A stretch of DNA of 64,000 nucleotides from the NCBI RefSeq assembly GCF_963676685.1, contig NC_092346.1, positions 82,708,001 through 82,772,000 of the forward strand, written 5' to 3'. The notes under the pieces were generated by a model. It was not told the DNA's origin. It ran no database searches and was given only the letters and a program-made list of their open reading frames with translations. This DNA is from Mytilus edulis (Eukaryota). The first letter of the stretch is position 1; every line of letters begins with the position of its first letter. Positions 11,601-26,600 of this stretch are shown here, piece after piece. Position numbers and translations under genes: made by a program.

Positions 11601-14600
11601 TCCATTGAGAAATTGTTTGCATGTATTTATCATGATGATAGTAACTAAGTTTTGTTGTAACAAATTCAAACAAGAATGTGTCCAAAGTACATGGATGCCC
11701 CACTCGCACTATCATTTTCCATGTTCAATGGACCGTGAAATTGGGTAAAAAATCTAATTTGGCATTAAAATTAGAAAGATGACATCATAGGGAACATGTG
11801 TACTAAGTTTCAAGTTGATGTGACTTCAACTTCATCAAAAACTACCTTGACCAAAAACTTTAACCTGAAACTCTCACTTTCATGTTCTATGTTCAGTGGA
11901 CAATGAAATTGGGGTTTAAAGACTAATTGGCTTATAAATTAGACAGATCATACCATAAGCAACAAGTGTACTAAGTTTCAAGTTGATTGGACTTCAGCTT
12001 CATCAAAAACTACCTTGACCAAAAACTTTAACCTGAAGCGGGACAGACGGATGAAACGGAAGGACGCACAGACCAGCAAACATAATGCCCCTCTACTATC
12101 GTAGGTGGGGCATAAAAACACATTCCACAAAATTTGTGACATTGTGTAAAATACTTGGTTATGAAACAAAATTTAGTTATACATGTACAAATAAGAAAAT
12201 ATGGGTGTTATGGTATTTTTTATTGTTTCTGTTCATTCCTAGTTTTTATAGATTCTGGAAAAATTAAAAGCTTGGCAAATTGTATAGAAACCTGCATCTT
12301 GTTACAAGACTGTATGCTGCAAACTGGATGTATTTTGGTTATTATCTTTTGGTTAAATTTGGTCATTTGGTTGCTATCTAATTGATGTTTACCGTTTTAT
12401 AAATATCTATTAATTTGATATTTACCTCTTTCTAAATCTCCCGTTATACTGCCAACCACATTCTTGACACTCTGGGTAATCTGTATATAATTTGACACCA
12501 ATCTTACAGATATATTTCCTGAAAAGATACAGTTATATCTCAATTCATAACACTTGAGACATTGCTTCCTAGCAAAAGATAAGGATAAAATTCCTATTCA
12601 GACTTACATACCCAAGGTTTGTGTGATTCATTATTCCTATTCAGACTTGTGAAGATAAGCTTTGTGTGATTCATTATTCCTATTCAGATTTGTGAAGACA
12701 TGGTTTGTATGATTCATTATTCCTATTCAGACTTGTGAAGATAAGGTTTGTATAATTCATTATTCCTATTCAGACTCATGAAGACAAGCTTTGTATGATT
12801 CATTATTTCTATTCAAGGTTTGGATAACTCATTATTCCTATTCAGACTTGTGAAGATAAGCTTTGTATGATTCATTATTCCTATTCAGACTTTTGAAGAT
12901 AAGGTTGTATGATTCATTATTCCTATTCAGACATGTGAAGACAAGCTTTGTGTGATTCATTATTCCTATTCAGACTTGTGAAGATAAGCCTTGTATGATT
13001 CATTATTCCTATTCAGACTTGTGAAGATAAGGTTGTATGATTCATTATTCCTATTCAGACATGTAAAGACAAGCTTTGTGTGATTCATTATTCCTATTCA
13101 GACTTGTGAAGATAAGCCTTGTATGATTCATTATTCCTCTTCAGACTTGTGAAGAAAAGCTTTATATGATTCATTATTCCTATTCAGACATGTGAAGATA
13201 AGGTTTGTATGATTCATTATCCCTATTCAGACTTGCAAGATAAGGTTTGTATGATTCATTATTCCTATTCAGACATGTGAAGATAAGGATTGTATGATTC
13301 ATTATTCCTATTCAGACTTGTGAAGATTAGGTTTGTATGATTCATTATTCCTATTCAGACATGTGAAGATAAGGTTTGTATGATTCATTATTCCTATTCA
13401 GACATGTGAAGATAAGGTTTGTATGATTCATTATTCCTATTCAGACATGTGAAGATAAGGTTTGTATGATTCATTATTCCTATTCAGACTTGTGAAGATA
13501 AGGTTGTATGATTCATTATTCCTATTCAGACATGTGAAGACAAGCTTTGTGTGATTCATTATTCCTATTCAGACTTGTGAAGATAAGCCTTGTATGATTC
13601 ATTATTCCTCTTCAGACTTGTGAAGAAAAGCTTTATATGATTCATTATTCCTATTCAGACATGTGAAGATAAGGTTTGTATGATTCATTATCCCTATTCA
13701 GACTTGCAAGATAAGGTTTGTATGATTCATTATTCCTATTCAGACATGTGAAGATAAGGATTGTATGATTCATTATTCCTATTCAGACTTGTGAAGATTA
13801 GGTTTGTATGATTCATTATTCCTATTCAGACATGTGAAGATAAGGTTTGTATGATTCATTATTCCTATTCAGACATGTGAAGATAAGGTTTGTATGAGTC
13901 ATTATTCCTATTCAGACTTGTGAAGATAAGGTTTGTATGATTCATTATTCCTATGCAGACTTGTAAAGACATGGTTTGTAAGATTTTTCATTCCTATTCA
14001 GACTTATGAATATAAGGTTTGTATGAGTCCTTATTCCTATTCAGACATGTAAAGATAAGGTTTGAATGATTCATTATTCCTATTCAGACTTGTGAAGATA
14101 AAATTTGTATGTGTCATTATTCCTATTCAGACGTGTAAAGATAAGGTTTTGTGACTCATTATTTCTTTTGAGACTTGTTAGGACAAGGTTTGTATGGTTC
14201 ATTAATCCTATTCAGACTTGTGAAGATAAGGTTTGTATAATTCATTATTCCTATTCAGTCTTGTGACGATATGGCTTGTTTGATTCATTATTCCTATTCA
14301 GTCTTGTGAAGATAAGGTTTGTATGATTCATTATTCCTATTCAGATGTGTGAATACAATGTATGATTCATTATTCTTATTAACCCTTTCACCGATTGCTG
14401 CCCAGACAGAAGCTACTCTGAGACGATGGCTTCCCTGGCTACTATTGCTCAAGTGGGAGATCTTCATAATAAATGTCAATAAAAACTTGTTTGTAGTTAT
14501 TTGTGTATTTATTTCATTCACTAACACCATGTTAACAGTTTTATTCATGTTTTGATAATTTTTTCCTCATAAAATATTCAAATTTTCAAATTTTCGGCAT

Positions 14601-17600
14601 TATCTAGGTGAAATTCTCAAAATTCTGCTCTTTGACCCCAAATCGTAATTTTTTAACCCAAAACGGCAAACTTTTGAAAAATTTTATGAGGCTGTACAAA
14701 TTCCTCACACTGAACGATGTCCATTCCAAGTGTTTTGTACATAAAACGACATTTTATGTCAAAAAAGTATACTAGTTTGGCTTCAATTCTTCCATATTCT
14801 TTCAAAAAAATTGTTCCCTCATTTCAAATTCTCGTAAATTCCGTAAATTTCGTCTGATTTTGACACGGTTTTCAACAAACGGAAGCGCCATGTTTTGACT
14901 TTCATCCAGGTATTCATCAAAGAAAGATAACTCATGTTTGCACTGTTTTGAGCGGGAAACATAAAAGATGTATTCCGATCCCGGTAAAACGGGACTCATC
15001 GTCAGTTGTCTGAAGCGTGAATCCCGGTAAACCGGGACTCATCGGCGAAAGGGTTAAGGAAAGTGAAATCTTGTTAATTATGATTCATTATTTCTACACA
15101 TTTTGGTAAAGACAAATCTTTGTATAGAAGATTTATTTTACAGTACTCATTACTCAAGTAAAAGTGCAGAAAAGTAACAAATATTTTTTTTTTCTTTTGT
15201 TGATATTTTATGCCTACAAAATCAAGCAAACTTTGACTTTTTGTAAATGGCTTGAACATAGTTTTAATTAGCGTTCCATGTTGATAAGCTGAGGTGACTT
15301 TTACATAGTAATGTCAACCAACTACCCCACCACAGTCACTGTAGTCAACAATTGTTAAGTAAACAAACTCACTATTGTGTGTTGAATAATACATCAGTAA
15401 CTGTTCAGAAATATTTCTGGATAACATCTGTACTGGAAATGGATACTGTTGACTTGTATCTATATTTAAAAAAGAATTACATGAGAGTATTACAGAAAGA
15501 CTGATAGCTTAATACCCTTTTTAATTATATTTGGTTGTTTTATTGGTTTGTCTGCATATCTTAGTTTTTTATTTCATTTAGTATATTTTGGGGTATTTAC
15601 CTCTTCAGCATAATTTCTACCTATTAGCATTTAAAATAAAGGAATTGTAATGCATGTATAAAATCAAAAGTTCCTGACAACAGACAAGGCAAATCGGAGT
15701 AAATTCAGAAGTCTAATAACTCAATGTTATTAACAATTAAATAAAATATTACAAAATAAAATTATTTGATTTGATTGTAGAAGAGAATAATCTTGTATAT
15801 GTATACATTAAGAGTGTTGTTGCTGATGGTGTGTTCTTTGTCATTTACAACTTATAACAACTAGAAAACATCCTACACAGATATGTCCTACCACTTATCA
15901 TGACTTTGTTGTAAAAATTTCATTTAATTAAGCTATTTAACAGTCAAGTATGGTCAATACTAGTGTAATCATATTGTCAGTAGACAAAGTTTTCACTACA
16001 TTATTGTCAAGTATGGTCAATACTAGTGTAATCATATTGTCAGTAGACAAAGTTTTCACTACATTATTGCTGTGGCTTCTTTGCCTTTGACTATAGTCTA
16101 AAGTGTATGTAAACTGTTGACTTCCTACCTAGACAGTCAGTGATGTCAGACATTTTTTCTTTCTCTGCATTTTGTATCAATATACCTCTCACACCAAAGG
16201 TTATCCCATTTCTAATCTGTAACAGAACATATATTTTCAAATGTATATTTTTTTCTTTCTTTTGTGTTCCCCTTAAAATTTCTCAATCACTATTACATTT
16301 TGACATGTTTGTTATTTTGACTTTGAGCTGATCATCCTTTGCTCTGGTTCACAATTTTGATTGGAGGTAGAAAATACCAAGTTAAAGTCTTTGGTTTGAC
16401 CTTCGTTGGCATCAACCAAGGCTAGCACAGACACTATATGGCATCAACCAAGGCTAGCACAGACACTATATGGCATCAACCAAGGCTAGCACAGACACTA
16501 TATGGCATCAACCAAGGCTAGCACAGACACTATATGGCATCAACCAAGGCTAGCACAGACACTATATGGCATCAACCAAGGCTAGCACAGACACTATATG
16601 GCATCAACCAAGGCTAGCACAGACACCATATGGCATCAACCAAGGCTAGCACAGACACTATATGGCATCAACCAAGGCTAGCACAGACACTATATGGCAT
16701 CAACCAAGGCTAGCACAGACACTATATGGCATCAACCAAGACTAGCACAGACACTATATGGCATCAACCAAGGCTAGCACAGACACTATATGGCATCAAC
16801 CAAGACTAGCACAGACACTATATGGCATCAACCAAGACTAGCACAGACACTATATGGCATCAACCAAGGCTAGCACAGACACTATATGGCATCAACCAAG
16901 GCTAGCACAGACACTATATGGCATCAACCAAGACTAGCACAGACACTATATGGCATCAACCAAGGCTAGCACAGACACTATATGGCATCAACCAAGGCTA
17001 GCACAGACACTATATGGCATCAACCAAGGCTAGCACAGACACTATATGGCATCAACCAAGACTAGCACAGACACTATATCACAAAACTGCAAAGATCTCA
17101 AAATGAAAGGTTAAATTGATCATGACCTTCTTTTTTATGACCCTTTTGATATCTTCAATTAATACCCCAAAATTTTATTTCCACAAAATGTGTGACGTAA
17201 AAATAAGATTTTCTTTCGTTCATGCACTAGTATTTCTTATTTCATTTTATTAATGTGTAATTCCATATTTTCCCATATAATGTATTTTAAATGACTTTAA
17301 TTCAATGCAGAACAGAATGACTAAATAGAGTTTCACTTATTATGATTCATTCTTATGCTTTTAGTTGACTCACATAACATGTATAGATAACTTTGATGCA
17401 TGAAATTTATAGAAATTATTCACATGTAACGTGTTGTTTTTATTTATTTTTTCAATATATTTGTGCTGAATCATAAAGTATTTAACCTCCATTACCGTTT
17501 GGAGTTTTTTTGTAAGTTAAACTTTTTAACAAAGTTGAATACTGCAAGACAGATAATAGTCTAAATATTACTATCAATTTAATCTTCAGATGTCTCAATT

Positions 17601-20600
17601 TCAATATTTTAAAATCATACACAGAAGTTCAAATGTTTCTTGTGGAAATGGGTTTTTGAAATAGTTGTTTAAATTGAATATTAAGATTTTATCCATGGAT
17701 ATACCCCATTAACTGGCATTATCAATAAACTCAAATGCAGTGAAATCTTATAAATTATGTCAAGTTAACTCTATACAAACAGGTCACATGAAATATTTTA
17801 ATATTATTGGATATAAAATGTTATTGTTCAAATATTCACATATAACAAAACATACTAACAATAGATTAAAAGTCACAATGCTATAAATGATTGTGAAATA
17901 TTTGAATTTATTATGTGTTTTATTACCAACATTACAAAACAGGACTTAATATAATCCAGTAAGACAAGCAACTTGTTACTAAGCAATAAAATTCTCTACC
18001 CTATCAATGCATTTAACTTAAATTTGTTTCAATTTACAATCAATTCACTATACTTAATTTAAATTTATTACCATCCAAATCAAACAGCATACCTTTTCAC
18101 AATACCGTAAATATTCTAGTAAATGTTAATGCTATCTAGAACATAATATTATATTTTCAAAAGTTGTAACGGCTTATAATTTGAAAATAAACAAACCAAA
18201 TATTTACTGTAATAAAAAAACTCTTGTCAAATACTGTTCTTTGAACCTCAAATTGATAAAAAATTCTTGTGATATATATAAATCAGATTTGTGAATAAGA
18301 ATGATAAAAAATTCTTGTGATATATATAAATCAGATTTGTGAATAAGAAATTGATTAACAAGGTACCTCCAATTAAAATAAATGGGGAATGTTTCATGGG
18401 ACACAGATGATGCCCCGCTTGCATAATCAACAGCATATTATAATGAAGTTAAAGAGGGACATAACTGATGAAAAGTAAAGGTGATGATATCCAAACTTGT
18501 ATTTGATCTATGTTTTGTGGTAATAAGTATTGTGTATATAACATTTGGTTGCGACTAACTTAAGTCAGAGTATTGGATATGATAAGTAGGTTTGAACAGT
18601 AACCCCTGGTCTGGTGTAATCCCTAATCTTTTTTTTGTAAATAAATAACAAACAAACAAAACCTAACACTGTGAGTGCTTGCTCCTTGTTATGATTCCTC
18701 CTCATGTATGGAAAAAAGATCCTGTTAACCCCGGGATCTTGGCATCTGAATTTTGTCCCAAAATACATAATAAAGGAGAGATCTTCAAATTGTCAAATTT
18801 ATTAGAGATAATTTGAATTTTTCCCAGAATATAAAATAAAGACCTTATAAACAGATCTCTAAAGTGACAATTTTATTAGAGAATCTATGGTAAGTCCTCT
18901 AGAAATGATCAGCACCACTTTAAACCTCTAATGTTTTCTGTATCATAAAATATTTTACATTGATCAAATCAAGCAGTAACTTCCTTTTCAAATTACTTCT
19001 TTAATATATCAATTTTGAATCAATAATAATCTATGAATTTGCACATTATATACATGATATAGTAATAAATGTCTCATATGACTGCAAGGGTCAAAAGTGC
19101 AAATTCATTCAATCCTAAGTGTAATTTAATTTATATTTAATAATTTATATTTTGAATTTCTAAATAATTTTTTTCTTAGATCTTAGAATTTATTTTTTTG
19201 TAAACGCTTGTTTTGTGTAGGTATACAAGATTTTTTTCCTCAGATTATGAATATATAATTGAATTTTAACATAGAAGTACATGAGTATCTTTAAATAAAT
19301 AAAAGGCCTGAAATATGTAATCCAATTTAACTTCAAAAGCAACTCTTACAATAGTCAAAGTGTCACTGAAACATCAAAAAGACACTTGTTGCTACAAATC
19401 TATACAATACCTATTTTTTATTTGTCAACGGGTTCAAGAAATTAAGGCAAGATTTTTTCAGCATAGTTTGTAGTAACATTGTATGATGTCATATGCAATT
19501 CAAAATCATAAAATATCTTGACAATTTATATATAATAATGATTTAATAACGCTGACACTTTTAATATTTTAATCATTTTTCTGCAAAAGATCATCTATGA
19601 CAACTTGAATGCTTAGTATTTTTTTTAATATAGAAATAAAACAAGGGTAAAACTTAATGCCCCCACTGTTATGGCTGGGGCATAATTATTCAAATAATGG
19701 AAAGTCTATGCAAATATGAATTAGTGCGAACAATTTTATAAGATTTGTAATTAGATTCCACAATTTTTTTGGTTTTGTCTGTTTTCAAGTGTTTACCTCA
19801 CTGGTATAAAGCTATATATTCTTTTACATCTGTCAAATCTTAGAATGAACTACACCATACTTTTTCTATTTTTCCTCACTTTTGCTATTATGCTTTTTAC
19901 ATCTAAATTAATACCAATTAGCAAAATATAATGACAAACCACCAAAAACTTATCACAGTTTATGTCTACTGAGTCTGAATTCCATTGAAAATTCAACATA
20001 AATATTGCTATCTCTGACGTCAGAAATACGACTTATATTACCGTACAATGTAAATATCCATGTTTACTTTCCTCTGTTAAGGGAAATAATAAAGGATTAT
20101 AGTTATCATTGCCATAAAGAGTTGTCTAACAATAATTCTGTATTGTAAAAAGTAGGGAGATACGCAAAGATATTTGTTTTATATTAAACGTCAAATTCTT
20201 TTTAAATAGTTGAGCATATTTGGCGTGGTCTGCAAATACAAAACCAACCTATAAAATAGTGTTTAAAAAGTGTGAAGAATGAAGTCGACTCAACAAGGAT
20301 GCTCAAGAATAAAGTCATAATAAACTTAAATTCAATAAACTTTATGGTCTGATAGAAGATCCTTGAGAATTCCATAGGGTTTTATTTACTTATCAAAGTA
20401 GTTTGTCACTCAAAACATTGAGTCATTCTGTTATAGTATAGAATTAAGGATTTTCTTCACATTCAACAAATTAGAAACATTGCATGCTCAAATGTTTAAC
20501 CATGGTGAAATGAAGTACCTGTCAACCATTACTAGCCATTATGCCTTCCTTTCTTGATTCTTTTTTTCTTGTTTTTGTTTCCTTCATTTAGCAGAAACAT

Positions 20601-23600
20601 GATTGTATTTACTTGGACCACAGTTCCGTAGCCAGGAATTTCCAAGGAGGGGTTTAATACATGGAATTGGGAACTCAACTTTAACAGTTACAATTCAACA
20701 GATTGTCGACTTTAACAGTGCTTATTTGTTTTCAAGGGGAGAGAGTGTACAAATCCCCTGACCCCCCCCCCCCCTATTCCTTGCCAAGGTTGTGGACAAC
20801 TAATTTCAAACCTCTTCAAAATTTATCCTTGCATTATTACAATAAAACATTTATGAAAAAATACACAAATGTCCCTTACAAACATAAAAATACTATAACA
20901 TTGGCTATTATCAAGATACATGTGTAAACTTATCATAACTTCTGTGTGTTTATATATACTTTATAAATCATTACCAACATGACCAAGAATGCTTTACATT
21001 CAGAAACACAGATTTTTTTTTTAATTCAACCACTACTGTAGTCAAGCATAAGCGTTAAGTAAATGTACATCAAACAATTTCTATATGAAAATTTAAAAAG
21101 CAAAGGCTACAGGCAAACACAACAGGAAAATGTTCATAAACTTGTGTCATTTCGTTCTCCTAAGGGTTCTTGTAAAATTATTAATATCTGTAGTTTCAGG
21201 CATTAAATAATGATCTAGTATTTGTTTAAAATAAAATCTGGTTCTAAAAACATGTATCAATGACATAAGATTGTTTTGTCAGGTTCAAAATTGATTTAAA
21301 TGGTATTATGAAAACAAGTCAATCCAAGGATTAAAATCTTGTTTAGGATCATTTATATGGCAAAAATCTTCAATCTTCATACTAAACCCCACAAAACTAG
21401 ATTTAACCCTATTTCATTTTTAATTCTACACAAAATTAGCCTATTTTCTCTGTATACAATATACTGTTTCTTTTGAAATAAAGAAGTTGTTAGTAGTTCC
21501 AGTATATGATAATTCCTGCTATTTTGTGTTATGTTTCAAAGATTTGTTATAATAAAATTTGATGCTGCTGCACATTTTGTGTAAATAGAATGTTTTGGGG
21601 TTTTTTTTATTTGCATTGGTTGTTTGGTAGTCATGATGTAAATTATTTTTAGGGGTCCAAACTCATTTTTGCACCTGTCCCAAGTCAGGAGCCTCTGGCC
21701 TTTGTTAGTCTTGTATAATTTTTAATTTTAGTTTCTTGTGTATAATTCGGAGTTTAGTATGACGTCCATTATCACTGAACTGGTATACATTTTTGGGTAG
21801 GGGCCAACTGAAGCACACCTCCAGGTGGGAAGATTCTCGCTGCATTGACCACCCCTTGTTGGCCTTCGGCTGTTGTCTGCTCTATGGTTGGGTTGTTGTC
21901 TCTTTGACACATTCCCCATTTCCATTCTCTATTTTATCATATATGGATAGATTAGAATGCTATTAAAGCTGGAGAAAGGAAAACAATTTGATCAATGAAA
22001 AGAATCCTAATTACATATATATATAAATTCTCATATGATTACCCTGTAGTTGACTAAAAACTGAACAAATATAATAAGTTAAAATGACTTTCATGTAATA
22101 CATTGTGTCGATTATTTTGATTATTGAAAGCATAATCTGTTCTGGTTATAACTTTATTGTGGGTAAAATAGTGTCTTAATGAAAGTTGCCTGGCTAATTA
22201 GCCTGTTAGTACAAATTGTCAATGATACATACCTTTTCCTTTATGGATACTTCTCCTTGTCGGATCATCAACACCTTGCCCTGGAGAGACATAGATCTAT
22301 TCTTCCTCACTAAGTCAATACTTCTACCATAATCACCATATACTAGCTCTCCCTGGATGTGGAAAAATTAGCAAAACAGTTAGCAATATATAGACAATAA
22401 GGTGTTAAGAGACTTCTCGCCTTTATGTAATTTTGATAGTGTTATGCAAATGTGTTTTTTTTAAGGGCAACAATTTAAAATGCAAACTATGCCACAGTTT
22501 CAAAGACAATGGAGCAAGACTTAGGTGCAGATAAAAATAATATCCATGGAATAGAGATGTGCCAGTGTGAATATAATACCAAATAAACCTGTATTATGGT
22601 TCCCCTTAAACTAAACTAATCACAAACTTGAAAACAATATTGTTGCTGCATGCCCTTTCTTTAGGTGGGGGGTGGGGGATTTCGTTGATAATATAGGGAA
22701 TCATTGAGACATGACTGTAGCGGGAACCCTCTTATAAAAAGTTCTGGATCCGCCACTGTATATACAATTTAACAGCAGCCTGATGGAACCAATAACCAAG
22801 GTGTCTTAATATGTCAATGATTGACAGATTGTTGTTACTTGCCTTATGTCCCCTGAAGTATTCCATGGCCATGAATTCAGGACAAGAACAAATAAAACAT
22901 CATTACAATAAGTATGTTTCCAAAGGTAGGTCAACTAATATGAAGGGAGGAAATTGGACTGCAGTGGAAAACAAGGGATATTGGAAAGGAGCAGAAATTT
23001 GTCCTTGCAACATCCCACTCATGTTTTATGTGAAGTCTAAGTTAGTTTCAGTGAGTGCATCTAATTTTACAGTACCGGTACATGAGATGTGAATTAATGA
23101 GATATGGGTATATACCAATGTTACAGCAGCCTAATGGAACAAATAACCAAAAGATATATTAAGGTCAACACACAGTCTTAAACAAAGTGTCTATACAATT
23201 TGTTAAGTCTAATAAAATTGGGAGTAAGCTTAACAGAAACTATCCAAAACAATTGAGGCAGTGAGCCATAAGAACCACAAATATTAGAATATCTTCTTAA
23301 CATAAATGAGACCGTGATATGCAGAAGTAACTTTATAATATCTTTGGCTTCATAAATGTATATAATGTTAATGGCAGTACTCCTGCATGTCCTGAGTCAT
23401 GAATAACTTCTAGAAAAATATATGCATTAGCTAAAAGATAAGAACTTTTAAGGTCTCCCATACACAACAGATATATGGTAAAGTGAAGTCAACCATGGAC
23501 TACTATTGAGAAACATGAAAATCAATGCATTTTTATAAACATATAGGTCCCCCACATCACTTAGTTTGATTTCTTCATAATATACTTGACATTTCCATGT

Positions 23601-26600
23601 TAGACCCTGTAGCATTTTTATTTCACCAGGTAACATAAGCAATAGACCTGACAATATCTATGTCTATGTAATCAATCTATTACATTAATGGAAAGTGCAT
23701 TATCTTTCCTTTGATAAAAAGGTGTTAAATGTGCATGTCATCACACCATTCTTCTGTCAATACTGATTGAAGCTTTAAATAAACTCTAGTGAAAACAGAC
23801 AAAATTGATTTTTCTAAGAAGGTTGTTGTGATTTCAAAATTTCGAGAGTTAAAAACGTAAAGATAAATTTTTACTGTTTTATTAACAAGGTATTTTCAGA
23901 AGTAAGATCCTCTCAATAATGAGAGAGCCTCAGAGCATGTCCAGTTAAGTTTCTGTATGTAAAATTTTCATAAAAGAAATTCTGTAATACTCTTTAACTG
24001 TACATATTGTTGTGCTTTTGTTTATTCCACATTGGCTAGAGGTAAAGGGGGAGGGTTGAAATCTCACAAAACATGTTTAACCAGGCCAAATGTTTGCGCC
24101 TGTCCCAAATCAGGAACTTCTGGCCTTTGTTAGTCCTGTATGTTTTATAAATTTTAGTTCATTTCTAATTTTCTGAGTTTAATGTGACATTCATTTTTAC
24201 TTAGCTACAAAATGTAGTACACATTTTTGTTTAGGGGCCAGCTGAAGCCATAATCTGGGTGCAGGATTTTCTTGTTGTGTTGAAGACCATTAGTGGCTGT
24301 TGTCTCTTTGACACATTCCCAATTTCTATTCTCAATTTATTAACAGACCCTGGTTAGAAAAGCAGTTATAGTTGCTGTTAAATCTTATTTTTTTACCTAT
24401 ATAGCTAAGTTAAACCAAGTTTTATTACAAAGCGTTCTACCTTTCTTACAGTTTTAACTGTTACAGGAATCCTTGTTTATATAAGCTATAACAGCAAGTT
24501 TATTGTAACAGCTTCATTTGCAAAAAGTCTGTAATTTTACTTAGTCTTAAAAATTGACATGATGACAATATCTTTTTAACAAATAAAGTTTAGATTCTTA
24601 AAATATTTAAGTTGTAAATCGTTGTTGAATTTTACAAAATTAAGAACAAATTAACACCTCAAATTATCTTTTCAAGCATAATCATTGTCTCTTTATTGTC
24701 AAGACAGCTTGCCATAAATCATACCATTTAAACAGAATTCATTTCAAATTTAATTCAAACAATTTTGTAGATAATGATTTATATTTCAATAGAATATCAA
24801 GTTTCTGTACAATGAAATGTGACCATGGGATAACATGTCTATTTCTCAACACAAAAGCATGTCATAATTTACATATTTTGCATTAAATAACAAAATAATT
24901 TTTAAACTTCTAATAAAAAAAGGTCTATAAAAGTCCACTTATATACACAGGAGATCTTCCTCGCTGTCTCATTTATTTTTAAATGTATATTTTGTTCTGT
25001 CTAAATTTAATTTAAAATTCATTTCACCATTGTTCATTAGTGACTGAGGGGAGAGAAAGGAGTCCTCTTGAACTTATTCTTATAAATCCTAGTCAGCAAA
25101 CAAATCTATTGAACAAAAGCACAGATTTGGATATTTTTCAATAAGAATAAGCAAAACTATATATTAGAAAGGTTCATACCCAAGTCTGCTGAAAATAAAT
25201 TTGAATGCAAGCCTCCCACAAATAAACTTGAATGCTAACAGCTATATATCAACAGCAATTATGAGTATGTCAGTAAATGAAGTACTATGTCAACTTTTGC
25301 AGCAATTATGAGTATGTCAGTAAATGAAGTACTATGTCAACTTTTGCAACAATTATGAGTATGTCAGTAAATGAAGTACTATGTCAACTTTTGAGCAAAC
25401 AAGCAATGAGTATGTCAGTAAATGAAGTACTATGTCAACATTTGAGCAAACAGCAATAATGAGTATGTCAGTGAATGAAGTACTATGTCAACATTTGAGC
25501 AAACAGCAATAATGAGTATGTCAGTGAATGAAGTACTATGTAAACATTTGAGCAAACAGCAATGATGAGTATGTCAGGAAATGAAGTACTATGTCAATAT
25601 TTGAGCAAACAAGCAATAATGAGTATGTCAGTAAATGAAGTACTATGTCAATATTTGACCAAACAGCAATAATGAGTATGTCAGTAAATGAAGTACTATG
25701 TCAATATTTGAGCAAACAGCAATAATGAGTATGTCAGTAAATGAAGTACTATATATAGCTATGTGTCAACTTTTGAGCAAACAAGCAATAATGAATATGT
25801 CAGTAAATGAAGTACTATGTCAACTTTTGCATCAATAATGAGTATGTCAATAAATGAAGTACAATGTCAACTTTTGAGCAAACAGCAATAATGTGACTTT
25901 TCAGCAAACAAGCAATAATATAATGAGTATGTTAGTACGTCAATAAAATGAAATACTATGTCAATCTTTGATTCAGCAGGAGTAATATGTACATGTATCT
26001 TAGTACATTGCAATATTATGTCAATATTTAATTCAACAGCTTTTATAAGTATGTTAGTATATCAAAGTGTTATGTCATTGCTTGCGTCAACAGCTGTAAT
26101 GAGTCTGTCAGTATATTGCAGTACTATGTCAATCTTTTTCTATCATCAGGAGTAATACGTTTTTTGTAAAAGTCCGCGAGTACATTGAAGTATTTATAAT
26201 ATGTCAATCTTTCAGTCGGCAGGAGTTATCAGTATGGCAGTACATTGCAGTTCTATATCAATCTTTCAGTCAGCAGGAGTAAACAGTATGGCAGAAGCAG
26301 AACATTGCAGTACTATGTCAACCTTTCAGTCACAAGAGTAATCAGTATGGCAGTACATTGCAGTAATATGCCAATCGTTTAGTCAGCAGGAGTAATCAGT
26401 ATGGCAGTACATTGCAGTTCTATGTCAATCTTTCAGTCAGCAGGAGTTAACAGTATGGCAGTACATTGCAGTACTGTGTCATATATTTGTAAAATTTTAA
26501 GTCAGAAGGAATATTGAGGGATGGGAAATAGAAAAGAAGCGAGCATTACACTTTAATTACTACTATCATGACTATCATGATGACTATATCAATGTAATCC

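Noticed and set aside
16408-17079. CRISPR-like array (32-bp repeat)
   Set aside because: Head-to-tail units with no unique spacers, no cas genes, and an intronic eukaryotic context. The same applies to the 30- and 43-bp arrays.
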